A stretch of 64,000 nt of DNA, taken from the NCBI GenBank assembly GCA_050084985.1, contig JBITNC010000002.1:6386001-6450000 (forward strand). Reading direction: 5' to 3'. The notes below the pieces were generated by a model, which had not been told where the DNA came from, ran no database searches, and saw only the letters and a list, made by a program, of their open reading frames with translations. Below, piece after piece: positions 38,752 to 52,820 of this stretch (positions are counted from its first letter, which is position 1; every line of letters starts with the position of its first letter). The DNA comes from Nageia nagi (lineage: Eukaryota > Plantae > Pinophyta). The translations under genes were made by a program, and so were the position numbers.

Positions 38752-38930
38752 GTAACAGGAAAGGAAATAAAAGAGTAGGGTGCGAGGAATTCAAGCAAAA
38801 GGGTTAGGGTAACAGGAAAGAAATAAAAAGAGTAGGGTGCGAGGAATTCAAGCAAAAGGGTTAGGGTAACAGGAAAGAAATAAAAGGAGAAGAGTGCGAG
38901 GAATTTAAGCAAAAGGGCTTAGGGTAACAA
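38752..38930. repeat. 57-bp tandem repeat, 3 copies
   Basis: GTAACAGGAAAG.AAATAAAAGAGTAGGGTGCGAGGAATTCAAGCAAAAGGGTTAGG at 38752, 38809 and 38866. Confidence 0.95.
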
Positions 38931-39464
38931 GAGAGAAAGCAAAGGTGGATCACTAGTTCAGCGTGGGCTTTCACAGTGTGTGAAACCTTGGCCTGAATCT
39001 AGTGTAGCAGCTACAGTACAAGCTCTCACTCTCTAATAGTTTCCCAGCTTTACTCTACCATGTAGCAGACACAGTTATACTAGCAACCCGCAATTATCAT
39101 TCAGGAAACAAGCCAAGCTGCCACGATGTAACCAAATTAAGAATGACAATTACGAGTGCTAGACAAGAAAGGTCAAGATGGTTTCATATTACTGATAAAA
39201 ACTACAGGTCTTCGAGAACAAATGTAAAGAGCAATACTAGGCTTCCGACCCTTTTCTCACTTTATTTTCATATATTTATACTGTAGTAACTACAGTTACA
39301 AGAAGTGCAGAATAGAAACGGTTACACAAACAGCTTCAAGATCCTAGCCTTCTTTTAACTGATACTACCTACATACGCCACTTGGTAGAATATTACAAAA
39401 ATGGGCAGATTACAGATGATACGCTTCTTGTCAACTGTGATCTGACCTTTTGCTGGCTTCGTCT

Positions 39465-40170
39465 CTACATTCCAGAATATTTTACTCACTGGCTCCAGCT
39501 ATTTTATCACTTTTTGCGACCCTCATCGCTTCCGGGATCCGATTTTGGGTTAAGGCCTGGAATCCGTGACGTCATCTTCACATTTCCGGAATGCTCTACT
39601 TAACCGGCTCCGACTTCTTTGATTATCTCTTGCTGACCTCATCATCTTCGGAACCCGTTCTTATCAAAACTGAGCTTTATCCTTTCCATCGTGACATCGT
39701 CATTTTATCCAGAATGCTTTACTTCCAGAACACTGAAGCTACTGGCTCCGGCTTCTTTGATTATCTTTTGCGGCCCTCATCACTTCCGAGCTCTAGTTTT
39801 GGGTCAAGGCCCGGAATCGCTGACCTCATCATCTCCAGAATATTTTGCTCACTAGCTCCGGCTATTTGATAGCTCCTTACTGACCTCATCATATCCAAAA
39901 ACCCAGTTTCATTCAAAAATATGAACGTTGTTCTCCCAATGATGTCATCTTTACATTTCCAGAATTGTTTTACTTGCTTTCTCCAGAATATGGGCCTTTC
40001 CACAACTGAGCTTTTATCCTTTCATTCCGGAATGCTTTATCCACTGACTCTGGTCTTTTAATCACCCCTTGCTGACATCATCATCTCCGGAACCTAGTTT
40101 TTACCAAAATGCGACTGTCATATCCTTTGTGACGTCATCATCTTATTCCGGAATTCTTTACTTCCAGACT
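39465..40170. repeat. Degenerate array of about 120 bp with alternating subunits
   Basis: Recurring TTCC(A/G)GAAT..ACTGGCTCCGGCT..GACCTCATCATC motifs. Confidence 0.7.
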
Positions 40171-41820
40171 CTGGCCTGTTTTGTTTGCTCCAGAAAAACT
40201 CCCGGGGATCTTAAAATGAACCCATGATTGCAAGTAAAGTACACCGGGCTTTAATAAAGAATTTATTATGTATGAATATACAACTATCTTATGCATAATT
40301 TTGATGAATGGAAATGTAATATAATCCAAAGTTATGAATTTTAACTCATGATACATATTGTGAACAAACATAGATGTGACATGTGATTCAGATAATGACT
40401 CTTATATCATGGTCCATGTTTTTTGAAATCTTTGTGCAAATTTATTAAACATTTCATTTGGTCCTTGTATAACACTTACTAAATATGAAAATATGAGTTG
40501 TATAATAGCACATTATTTGAAATGCATGTAGAATTATAAAATAAGTTATGCATTACAAAGGATAGACTTACCGATAAAACAGAAGTACCAAATTGGGGCA
40601 TCATCTCTAAATGTAGTTGGAAAATATTTTACCATAAAATTATAATATACTCCAAACTTTAACTCAAATTGCATCTCAAAATCCTTTATTTGAGCCATGG
40701 GATCCCCTTCACCTTGATAGGAATCAAAGATAGGTTCTACTTAGAGATCTCATTCCCTAGCATTGTGAATTTCATCACATAGTGGATTTGAATCTTTAGA
40801 TCCAATAGGATGAATTTTGATTGGTTTGTTACTACCACTAACACTAGAGCCTTCACTTCTATCATCATTCCCATAATTCATATTATTTAGATTATATTTT
40901 ATCACATCATCAAAGCTATTGACCATGTTAAGAAACTCAACTAGTTCCATTTATGAAATACTTGAAAATACAATATCAATCCTATGAAAAAACCCTAGGG
41001 TTTTTGGTGCAACCAGTGAAGGATAAAGTGATGTGTTGAAGAAAAATTGATTTCACCAATTATTATAACCAAAATAATAATTAATTAAGATTATTTATGA
41101 TATTAAATTTAATTAAATAATAATGAAATAGTCGTAAATAACAAAGACATGAAAGATTAAAATGATCCTAAGTTACCTAATTAACCTTTCCCTATCAAAT
41201 TTGAATTAATGAAAGATACAAACCTAAAATTTACTTGTCATGATGAAAAAAGATGATATTTAGTACAAAGATGATGAAGGATGAGTTTTTTTGAAATATG
41301 GAACCACCAATCCAACCTTAACCCATTGAGGATGCTAGGATCCTAATGACATCACCTAGTTACCTTTCTAGTTCACCTTGCCCTTTCCCTTGATATCATT
41401 GTTAGAAATTCAATGCTTTTAATATCATGCATGGATAGCTTAGGAAGTTTGTAATATTGCATATCTTAATGAATAACAAAATCCATATATAATATATGAG
41501 ATTGAGAAACATTGATCAAGAATGACACAAGTATATTACCACTTGTCAAGGATTCCAGATCATGTAATGATTTCTCATGCACAACCCTTCCACCTTTATA
41601 GATAATAGGTTTATTGCTAAGGCTTCTCATTGGAGTTATGGTGCATGTGGGCCCAGACTCCTTCATAGGCTTATCTGTGGACCAACATGTTATTATAAAA
41701 CATAAAGGTAGATAGGTGTGCACAATGATAAGAGTAATTGAATTACTTAATTGAATAAATTATATCAAATACCTAAAAGGATATTTTAATTAAATTAAAA
41801 TTCCTTTTTAGGTGTCAACA

Positions 41821-42440
41821 CTATTATTGGTATCATTCATGTAATCTTCATCCATCTCATTTATAATGTCTAAGGGATATTGATCCTTTACCAAAGAAAA
41901 TAGCATTTTAGCTATTATAGATGTTTTATTTATACCATGCTTATGATCTATATATATGATAAATATTTCAAAGTGTCTTTCTTGAAAGAGGAATTATGTA
42001 AGATATTTGAGTACTTGGCTATCTTGCTTATGAAGTAAATCAAGTATATCAATGTCCTTAAGATCAATTCGTATGGCCTTAACAATATTTTTGAAATTAT
42101 GATTGTCAATATCATCCTGAATTTCATCACTAGTGTCATTATCAATTTCATCATTACTATCATCATCATTAGTTTCATCACTAGATTCTTGATTATTATG
42201 TATAATCATATTGATATAATTATCATCACAAGATTCATCATCATTAGGATCATTGGAATCATTATTATTAGAATCATCATTAATGTAATCATATCATCAT
42301 TGGAATTATTATCATTAGGATCATTGGAATAAATATCATTATAAGCATTAGGACTAATATCACTATCATCAAATTTATCATTTTTTTTCAACAATATTTT
42401 CATTAAGAGTAACATCATTTGTATCATGATCATGTGAAGG
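41821..42440 (-). pseudogene. Asp/Asn-rich accessory ORF relic of element X, probably continuing at about 30800-31387
   Basis: Low-complexity GAT/AAT codon runs (SSDETNDDDSNDEIDNDTSDEIQDDID). Similar composition on the other side of element B. Confidence 0.45.
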
Positions 42441-43657
42441 GAAAACTATTTCTCCTATAGTTTTGAATACATATTTGAGTACATTTAGTCATGATATCAT
42501 AATGAATGCACCTACAAGCCATGATAGATGAAAAAATATCTTTCTTATGAATATATGACTTAGGCTTAATTTTATGATTCTAGACCTCATCAAATTTGAG
42601 AAATGACCTTGAAATTCTAGGATTTTATACAAAAAATATTTTTGTTCCTCAACTAAAAACTTTAACAAAATGCATAAAACAATCCCAATTTACCCTCTAG
42701 AATATGCCTACCATGAATAGGTAAGTTTGGGCAAGGTTTTAGCACAAAAATATCCACAAAATTTCAAATAATGAATCTCAAAATTTAGGGTTTTATGTAA
42801 AAGCATTTACTCACAAAATAAGAAGATCTAATTTTTCTAATAAAATCCAAGCAATAAAATTTAATAATTTTGTGGAAAATTATTAAATCTAAAAAGAAAT
42901 CAAGACCTAGGGTTTTCAATGGGAAATGTATTAGAGAAAAAAAAGATGCATATATATATACACACACACTTTAATTACAAACTAAGGAACTTAATTACCT
43001 ATGATATATAACTAAAGATAGTTACATATAAGGATATAATTAAATAACTTGATAAACCTATAAGAGAGGAATGATGATTACTTGTGCACTTACCTAGGAA
43101 ACTATTGAGTAGCTACTCATACTTGATTTGATGTCTAGGGAAAATCAAGAATGTGGATATGAAATTCTAAAGTATCTATGTCTGTAGTGCTGGTGCTAAG
43201 AAGTAATGAAACCGCATTGGCATTGGGAATCCTACAGAGATTGAGTGAACCAATTTTAGATCTTACAACCAATAAACCAAGCCTTGAATGTGTATTGCAA
43301 AGGAGTGATGGATAACTCTTAAGTATAATAGATTCTAATCTTTATAGATGGTGTTTAAAGATACCATCAAGATTTTTGAGAGATATGCATAGTCATATTG
43401 ACAAAAAATATTGATAGTATTTCCATGCATATAATTATGTATTTATAAGATCAAGTGGTTACCTAAATGCACTTTTGCATGCTAGAATTGATGTTGGTGG
43501 TCCATTGCATAAAATCAGAAAATTATATATAAGATATAGCTTAGGTGGATCATAATTGATAATTGAAATATAACATAACATCATATTGATCATGACATAG
43601 AGATGTTCATATGACAACAAATTTGATCCAAAAAGGGTATCAAATTATGTGTCAACA

Positions 43658-45890
43658 TCTTGATATGTAGTGAAAAACTATAATATATTACCTCTTATGT
43701 AGGTAATTATTCATCATCAAATTATACCATTTTGAACTATCTAGAATGCTAAATATTACTATCTAGAATGCTAAAAAATATTTATGAATGCACTTATTGG
43801 AATATTATCATCAACTAATTCACAAACAAGTGCTTTAAGTAGGTTCTTTCTATGTCTATTAAATGTTATAATTAATTCATACATGCTAATCTTATAAGGA
43901 ATATTCTTCAATTGACTAGCATAATCATATTTGAATTTATCATTAGGAAGAGTAAGAGAGATATTACTTATTGGAATTACTACAATATTAAGGGTACCTT
44001 TGTTATTTCCTCTTGTAGCAATATTGTACTCTTTTTTGTATGATGAAGAATGTTATTTTGATTCTTGTTCTTCTTCATGGATAACCATGTTAACCATGCT
44101 AGTTGATTTATGAATATCTTGATTGATAAGGGGCTTAACCATTTCTCTATGCTTGTATTCAACTATTCCCTTATCAAGAAGTTCTTTCAATATTTTATTT
44201 ATATATAAGAAACTATTGGTATAATGGCCCTTCACTTGGTGATAACCATAATATATACATGGTTTATATAATCTAGTTTCTCCTCCTCATCCTCTAATTA
44301 TTTTCTTTGAATTCTTTCAACTAAGCCTTTTGCTAAGCAATCCTCAAATATTTTTGTAGGATAAATAAATGAAATTAGATATGTTTTCCTTGTATTGAGA
44401 GTATTCAATATTGATTTCAATAGCATTAACCTTGGTATCTACCTTTTTTGGATATGTATTATTAGGAAAATATTTAATGATGGATATATATTTATGTTGT
44501 CCTACTTCTACCATGGCTTTCTCTTTCATTATAAGCATGTAGATCATATCAATGAATGGTTGCTTCATGTAATTAATAGCATCATACTTGAGTTTAGGAT
44601 TGATAATTTGTATAAAAAGTTATGCTATGTGTTTCTTTGAAATAAAACTATCCAATACTCTCCATATTTTTTGAAATAGAGGCATAAACTCCTCTAATAT
44701 TTTACTATGTCCTTGCTTATATGATATTAAATATATAAATGTAAGATCTTGTTAGACATTGCACTTGAAATGTGTCTTGAATAATATTCTCAACTAAGCA
44801 TAAAAAGTAACTAATTTGTGCAGAACCATTTACAAGCCTCATTAGTAAGACTTAAAGGAAAATAATTGGCCTTTAAATTATTTTTTATTCTATATTTGAG
44901 CTCTATCAAACACATAAATCCTTACAGGTGGACATTGGGATCCTTGTCTCCATTGAAATTTTTAAGTTTTGGCTCTTTTTCTAAGGTAAGAAAAGTGTTT
45001 TGAATATCATCACTAAGGGGGTTACCTTTGTCTTCTAAAATCTCAATTCCATTTTTCTAACACCAACTAATAAAAGTCTTGAATATATAAATATTTCAAT
45101 ATTTGTGATGCTAGATACTTGTAGCCCAACATCGATGCTACTGATAATGTTGATGGTACTTTTATTATATCCATTTGCAAACATGGCTTTTAAAGTGACA
45201 TCCATGCTATTAAATCCTACCATTTCTATCACACTCACAATATTTGATGATTAAATTTTTTCAAAAATTATAAGATTTTTTAAATGATAAAAATATTACA
45301 ATGTCTAAAATAAAAGTTTTATAAACCCTAATTTAAGAATTGAAAAATAAAATATTTCTAGTTTACCAATACGTAGATGATAAAATGTAACCCTAATTGG
45401 AGGTACGGTGTTACAAGAATATATATCCTTAAATTATGAGCAATACTATGGAGCCTAGATTTCCTATGATACTTTAATAGAATAAATTCCTAATCCAAAT
45501 TTGAAATAATGAATATAATAATAGTAACAAAATTGAATGAAGTAACTTATGAATCCTATGAGAGAGGAATGATAAATACTTATGCACTTATCTCAATTAC
45601 CTTTAAGAAACTATTCAAACTTGGTGTGATATGCATAGATGACCTTGGAAGCAAATATGAAGGTTAGAAGTACTTCTTTCTAACAATGTTGATGTTGGGG
45701 AATGATGCAATCTAGCACTAATGTTGAGGGTCTTGTAACCTTTGAGTGAATTGATATTGGATCTAATGATTAGTAAATCAAGTATCAATGTATATTACAA
45801 ATGAATGACAAATAGCCCTTGATTTTAATATATTCCAATCTCGATAGGTGATTTCTAAAGATATCAATGAGTATTTTGAGAGATATGGAT
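43658..45890 (-). mobile_element. Element A 5' part: gag, PBS and partial 5' LTR
   Basis: PKLKNFNGDKDPNVHL gag motif, a C-H-H-C knuckle remnant at about 44215-44260, PBS-like TGGTAAACTAG ending 45368, and LTR 45370-45890 related to the element X LTRs. Confidence 0.8.
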
Positions 45891-45899
45891 GGACCTATT

Positions 45900-47214
45900 G
45901 AGATTTTTGCAATAGGTAACTCCCTAAGAAATATGATAATTTGACATCTATTTTCTCTAAAACTCATAACTTTTTTAAAAGTATTATCATCACTCAATAC
46001 TTCCATAATATCCTCATTTATTGAAAAAGGTTTCAGTTGCTAATGCATTATAGTTTTAGGATCTTCATCATCAGTATGAATATCTCTATTGACTACTCTC
46101 TTGGAACTATTTGAACTAGTTACAGAACTTTCACAATCGAAAGGAATCTCATCCATGTGACCTTGATAAGCTTCAATGAATGACTCATCATGGCTGGGTA
46201 TTTTAGATTTAGTAAGATGATGTTGCCTATGAATCCTTTCACTTATTCTCTTTATATCATGGAGCTAGGCAACTTTTATTTTCTTTGGAGTGTCTTTGCA
46301 TATATCATTAGTAGGCTCACATGAAATATTTACATTTGATATTTTTTATAAACTATAGTTAGTTCAAAAATAAAATGTTCCAACCCTAATTAATAGATGG
46401 ATATGCTATACAGAGGTGGGTGCTAATATGTTGAATATATTTAGTCTCCCTAAGATTTACCTAAGTAAGAACTATGATAACATTAACATTAATGATAATG
46501 GATAATAACAATGAAATAATAGTAAATAAAAAAAAATATAAAATATTTTGATAAATATGTAAGAATGTAAATCACAACCTTATATTATTAGATCATATCT
46601 ATAATTAACCAAATGTATTGAGAAAAATATTTATAGAGATAAATAACTATCACCTTACCTTAATGATTGAAGGTATAAGCAAATCATAACTTATTGACAA
46701 TGTAGATATCAATATTACAAACTTCTTAGAAAAATATGATAGAATAATCCAAATCTATGATCACGCTGGGGATGACATTCATACTCAAGGAAATGTTCAT
46801 ACCAAGATCCCTATAATTTAGTATTCACAACCAATATCCAATAGTAGTATAATGATCAATAAACCTAATATAAAATATAATAGCAAAATATAAATTTGAT
46901 AAAGCTCATGTGATATCAAATCTCAATTTGAATAGGTGGTGTTGAAGAACACCTAAAAGTAGTAGCTAACTGTGATTTTTGAGATAAACATTTGATAGCC
47001 TCCTCATCTAGATAAATCCAACATTTATAGGTAAACAACTTCTGTAATACATGTCTAGAGGCTAGCATCGATGTTGGGATACCTTGTACAAAAAGAGAGC
47101 AAAGGTACATGAGAGGATGTTCATAATGATCAATTATAAGATATAACACGTAATGGTCTAATATAAATCACACTTAATAAGTACAATAAGGGTGAACAAA
47201 ATTAAGAGTCAACA
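45900..47214 (-). mobile_element. 5' LTR (46429-47214), PBS and 5' internal fragment of another Gypsy-like element
   Basis: Termini TGTTGA...TCAACA. The adjacent minus-strand TAGCACCCACC resembles a deaminated TGGCGCCCACC (tRNA-Lys-type PBS). Confidence 0.65.
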
Positions 47215-47219
47215 AAAGC

Positions 47220-50016
47220 AATGCAACAAATGGTTTCATAAGAGCCCCTAGCCTTATCTTTGCCAACAGCGAATATTTTTCAAGTGATATCAAATGTAGA
47301 ACCTATCAATGCCAATCATGGATCTACCTCATATCATCACACTCAACAGGATATACCTCTTAGTGCACCTCATTTGGTTTTGCAAATCTTTTCTTTAGAT
47401 AATCAAAATCAAAATACATCATATGGCTTAGGGATACATTATAATCTCAAGTCTTTGAAGGTACCACATCCTAATCAAACTCTATCAATATAAGTTTTTA
47501 ATATTGGTCAATTTAATACTTCTTATCAATCCAACTAACAAGATCTAAATAAAAAATAAAGCAAATTTTAACAAATTCATCCTAAACTTATCATGAATTA
47601 AGCTTAATCTTTTCAACATGTTTTGAACCAACCTTCATAGAAAGCTCAAGGATACATCAATAAAATGTCTCATCCACCCAATCAAACTTACATACCAATC
47701 AACCTTACATAGTAAAAAGTTAATTTGTTCCAAATCAAGCATATAATTAATCATTGGAATAAATCATACAACAAGGCTATCAACCAACATATCAAGTTTA
47801 AAACATGTTGAATTGATAACTTTCAACATTGCATAATGACATCATAAAGAGGTTATACTACATGTAGTTAAAAATCAATAATCAAAGTAAAAGCAATATG
47901 TCTAATCATTCAATTATCTATGAACCTATCAACCCTATGGTTCCAATCAAGAAATTCCCCTACAAATTGAAAAATGTAATCCAAGATTTTATAGATAATG
48001 AGAAAATATCAACAAAAAATCCAATCACATCACCTAATCAATGCTTGGAAGTATTCAACAACCCTTTTCATAATCATGATGTGAATAGAGTAAATGCTTC
48101 TACATCAAGTGGACATACTTATTAGAATATGAAGATGCCACCTTCTTATGATTTTGTTGGATGAGATAATTACTAAGATTAACCTTAAGCATAAATCATA
48201 TTTTATCATCTTTATATCAAACATTATCATTTAGTCTTTTTTCATCAATTTGTTTTTTTTTAATCTTAGCATCTTATGAGCCAATACTAGAGCCTACTTC
48301 TCTTTGATGGTCCAACAATGGGTACTATGCCTGATAGGAAAATAATCACTCACCTCTTAACACCATCATGATTCTTCTTTATCTTTGTGTCTTCTTCATC
48401 ATTTGGCTTCACCATTATTGTTTATTATTTTTCATCATGTCATCATGTTTTATTTGTGATCATTGTATATATTGTATCTTGTTTATCTTAGTATATCATA
48501 ATTATATTTATGCTTACATAAAGCATGCCTTGAATCTTATTATCATTATCATATAATAATAGACACATATCTTTGAGGTCTATTTGATTCATTATCACTA
48601 TCAGTACCCATTGACCTCATTCCCAATAAGAATACAACCAATTGGATCATAATAATTATATGGGATTGCCTTACAATCAACTCCTCGAGGTTTATCATAA
48701 ATTGTTGACTATCATGGTTTCTAAGGAAAACATATTCTTGTGGAATATATGATAATAAATTTGATATGGATAAATATATTTGCTTATGTTTTCATCTCTA
48801 TCATTCATTAATGATCAATAATCATACCTTATCTTTATCATGAGCTTTGATCTTTGATAATATATCATATCATGATTAATAAGCACTTAGAAATGGTCAA
48901 TTAATATTCTATTAAAATCACCTTTATTCATCCATCATACCATAATTTGTGAGTCAAGGTATCACCCCTCTGAAGTCAAAGTTAATATCCTCACATCCTA
49001 GCATTTTGGGAACACATCATATATAATGGCTTTAGAATTATACTATAGCATAATCCTTTGCTTACCATTACTTGGAGAAAAGTTATCATTATCCTATTAT
49101 GATTATATCTTGAGCATTATCCTCCTTACAATCCATTCAACATGGGATGTGGAGATCAATTCTTTATAATCCATTTAATATGGGGTAAAGAAGTTACCAT
49201 CATATCATTATATTAAGCATGAGCATTATCATCCTTAAAATCCATTATTTTCATCACTAACACTCATATAAAATTGTAAGGTATCTTCTTGGGTGTGGAA
49301 AGAATCAAATATGGAAACTTCATATGTGAAATTTTAAATCAGATCAAATTGTTCCACAATTGAATGATTTTAACTACAAATCATCACATACATGGATGAT
49401 TTACCAAATCATTGCATATGCAGATGATTTTCTTCCAAACACCATCAAACACTATCTTGACCAAATCATCACATACTTGAATGATTCATAAAATCATTGC
49501 ATAGATAGATGATTTTCTTGTAATCATCATCCAACATTATCTTTGTCAGATCATCACATAGTCCAATGAATAGTTAAATCATCACATAGATGATTCATTA
49601 CTGTAAATCATTCTACAAAGGAACAATTTTATCTATTAATAATTTTTGAGTCCTTTTATTTTTGTGTTTTGCATGTAGATTGAGTTTGTGCTAGAGGCAA
49701 CAATCCACTATTATTCATTTGTAAATTTGAAGTGTCATTTTGCATAGGATGCATCTGTACACCCTTGTCACATGGTTTTATTTTTTGAGCATTTTATTTT
49801 CATTCTTTGGTGCATAATGGTTGTTCCAATGGATGATTTTGATACAGAGTGTTGTAACCTTCATTTCTAGTGTCAAATTTGGAGTGTGAAGGAATGTTCA
49901 TGGGCAAGTTAGCTTTTTAATTCCTTTCAACACCTTGTCAATACCATTTGATTACTCTTTGCATGTAGGATTTCCACTTTATCTTAGTGAAAATTTGCAT
50001 TGCATCTTAGGGGGAG
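47220..50016 (+). mobile_element. 3' half of a gag-only LTR element
   Basis: gag tail KLKNVIQDFIDN..PNQCLEVFNNPF, no pol motifs, degenerate AATCATCACATA repeats at 49340-49620, PPT AGGGGGAG at 50009-50016. Confidence 0.55.
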
Positions 50017-50805
50017 TGTTGCATTTCACATCAAAAATATTATTTGGTGTTTATAATCAATATATTAAAGAGATATTTTCTTCAATTTTAGGATTTGATC
50101 TACTCATTATTTTGTGCATCAAAGAAACTGCTATCTTTGCATTATCATTTATTTAAAAAAAACATTTATTGCTTTAGCATCCTTTGGTTGGGAGTGCCTT
50201 ACAATTTAATTTGGGAGGTGTACATGCATTGCACTTTCATATAGGATTGCACATCATATTTACTTCTTGCATTAAAGTCCATCACAAACTTAGGGAGTGC
50301 CTAGGGCATGTGGACTTGATCACCATGACCCATACTTGGATTTAATCACTAAGGTGGGAGCCCCCCTCTATTTGGATAGCAATCAATAGAGGCACTTGAG
50401 ATGCCCTTGCAAAATGTTTCATTGCCCCCAAAGGTTGAGCCTTTACCCAAAAACACTTGACTAGAATTATCTCTAGGAAAACTAACAAGAGTCAGGAATT
50501 TACAAGTGTATTTAAAATTCACTTCATTAAAAAGATAAGAGTCCAATTGAATAAGAAGCAACTAAATGAGATAAACACCATTGCTATCTATCATAATTGA
50601 TTCTTCATTTATATATCTTTGAGGTGTTCATGTGGAATGCTTATGCATTAGTCTTGCATTGCATCTTCAAAATAAAAAATCTAAAAAATAAAAAAAAAAT
50701 CAAAAATAAAAAAAATCAAAAATCAAAAAAATCAAAAATCAAAAAAATAAAAAATAAAAAAATTAAAAATTAAATCATTTTAGGCTTGGTGTTTGTTTAC
50801 TTATA
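50017..50805 (+). mobile_element. LTR flanked by a PPT upstream and a PBS downstream
   Basis: TGTTG start right after the PPT, an A-rich tract at 50668-50775, and TGGCACC..GGGAC at 50812-50826. Confidence 0.65.
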
Positions 50806-50869
50806 ATTTTTTGGCACCTTTGGGACATATTTTATTTGACAACCATGTTGTTTGTTCCTTTTGTACCTT

Positions 50870-52820
50870 GCATGAGCCTAATGAACACCCTTAAGTCTAA
50901 TAAATCTAAACAAGAACAAGGTCAAACACTAAGTCCAAATCATGAATCACTTTGTCCACCTCATCATTCTAGTCCACTCAATTATCCTTCATCTCATGTG
51001 TCTTACCCTTCTCATGTCTATCTATTCCTCCTTATTATTCTAGTCCATCTTGTTGTCATCCTTGTCATTCTTTGTCTATTCATCCCACTATGCATTTTGA
51101 TTCATAATTGGCTTGTGAGATCAAGTCGAGTCACATATTTCAAGGTCTTATTTTATCTATAAAGGATTAATTACTTTATGAACCTATTGTTCAAGAAGCT
51201 TTATATAATCTCCTTGAACAATTCATGGTTCGAAGTTAGGAGAGTCAAACCATTCTTTCTTTGTCTTCATCTCCTAGATATATCTTTCATTGTCATGAGT
51301 CTTCATGTCATAGCTATCCTCCTTCTTATGTTAGCACTTCATCATCTGATACATCAATTCAAGGTAATTCAAGTCATCAAGTTCAACTAACTAGGTCTCC
51401 TAGTTTGTCAAAGTCTCATATCATGCAATTTGAGTCCTTAGTCACCCCTCATGACTTAGGGCTTGACCATTGTCTCCCTTCCTCAAGGGACACACAATCA
51501 AGTCCAATTCAACTCTAAGACAAATTTCAACAAGTGGCCTCCCAACCTTGTCAAAGTAGGAGTGCTTCTCCTTCTTTCATCATGCATCAACCATCAAGTT
51601 AAAATAAAGTACAAACCAATCAAATGGCTCAACAAAAAAGGTATTTTATTCTCAATGTAACATATAATCAACCATTGGGACATAACATATGACAAGATTA
51701 TCAACATCAAGAACAACATTCAACTTCATATGATGAGATCCTAAAGATATTGGAAAAAATTGAGTGAGAACTCAATAATCAAGGCAATTTAAAGAAAACA
51801 TATCGATCAATTTATCATGATCCAATTCATCCATTAGTCCTTATCAAGGTTTATCCTTACAATATCAAAATGCCAAAGATAGAAAAATTTATAGGGAAAG
51901 AGGATCCTTCAAAAAATCTCATGCAGTTTAAATATTGTTGTTACAACTTCACACATGATGATGTTCTCATGTTAAGAGTTTTTCCTATTACATTGGGAGA
52001 TCAAGCATTGAATTGGCATAACAACTTGCCTCAACATAACATCTTCTCCTTTGAATAATTGGCTGATCAACTCTTAAGCTATTTTGCTATTAACATAAGG
52101 AGAAGATCATTAATCACATACTTACTAAGCATATCTCAACATGATGATGAGTTGATAAAAGATTATGTGGGTAGATGGAGAGTAATTGAATTGGACTTAC
52201 CACATTCCTTGTCACATGATGAGTGTATCAAAATCTTGACCAAGAGTTTTCACAAAAAAATATCCTCTATATTAAAAATCTAACAACACAAATCTTTTAA
52301 GGATGGTTTATCAAAATTAATGCACATTGAAGAAATCAAGATTGAATTGGATGAAATCAAATTATGAGAGAATAATCATGATCAATATCAACAATGTAAT
52401 AACAATCATCAAACATATCATGAGCAATCAACAAGTTTATTGTCATATGAGGTCAATCAAACAACATCAAATCATCAACCTTTCTTACAATCAAACAAAC
52501 CATGGCTAAGAAGATATTTCACTCCTTTGGGGGATTATTTATTATACATATTACCAATATTATTATGAATAAATTTTTTGATGCTACCCCTGATCAAGCA
52601 AATTCAAGAAGCATCATCAAGACCTTGGTATAGAGCAAATACGTTTTGTGACTATCATAGGCAATGTGGACATGAAACCAATTAATGCATGTGATTGAAG
52701 AATGAAATTCAAGATCTTACTAACAATGGGATAATATCAACATAAGTGCCAATTGCATCATATAATCAATCTTCAGAAAAAATTAACAAATCAATTTCCT
52801 AAATCATGATCAAAACATCA
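50870..52820 (+). pseudogene. Tat-type retrotransposon gag relic
   Basis: MPKIEKFIGKEDP..LMLRVFPITLGDQALNW.NNLP..FCDYHRQCGHETN*C..LKNEIQDL. Confidence 0.88.

Larger units (their letters stand above)
38642..40213. mobile_element. Young CpG-rich solo-LTR-like insertion in the gag of element B
   Basis: Sharp compositional change with many intact CCGG. Starts TGTAATAT and ends ATCTTAAA. gag sequence lies on both sides. No clear TSD. Confidence 0.7.
31388..41820 (-). mobile_element. Tat-lineage Gypsy element B, full-length but degenerate
   Basis: LTRs 31388-32144 and 41061-41820, TSD CCATC/CTATT (differs only by C>T), PBS TGGTGAA.. ending 41058, PPT at about 32145-32157. Domain order: gag, PR (ALVDT), G-patch (YKYDGKGLGKVEQGI), RT (VYVDD), RH, second RH (WTLFFNG), INT (WALDFIG..YFTKWVEA). 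Confidence 0.93.
22939..43657 (-). mobile_element. Element X: old LTR element with no detectable gag-pol, hosting three nested insertions
   Basis: Related LTRs at 22939-23676 and about 42965-43657 (both end TCAACA on +), PPT at 23677-23690, TSD-like TCGTG/TCTTG. Removing it restores the host frame LHIKINING. Confidence 0.7.

Noticed and set aside
38752-38930. CRISPR-like array (also 3240-3349, 4780-5080 and 24036-24195)
   Set aside because: These are contiguous tandem units without unique spacers, in a eukaryotic TE context with no cas genes.
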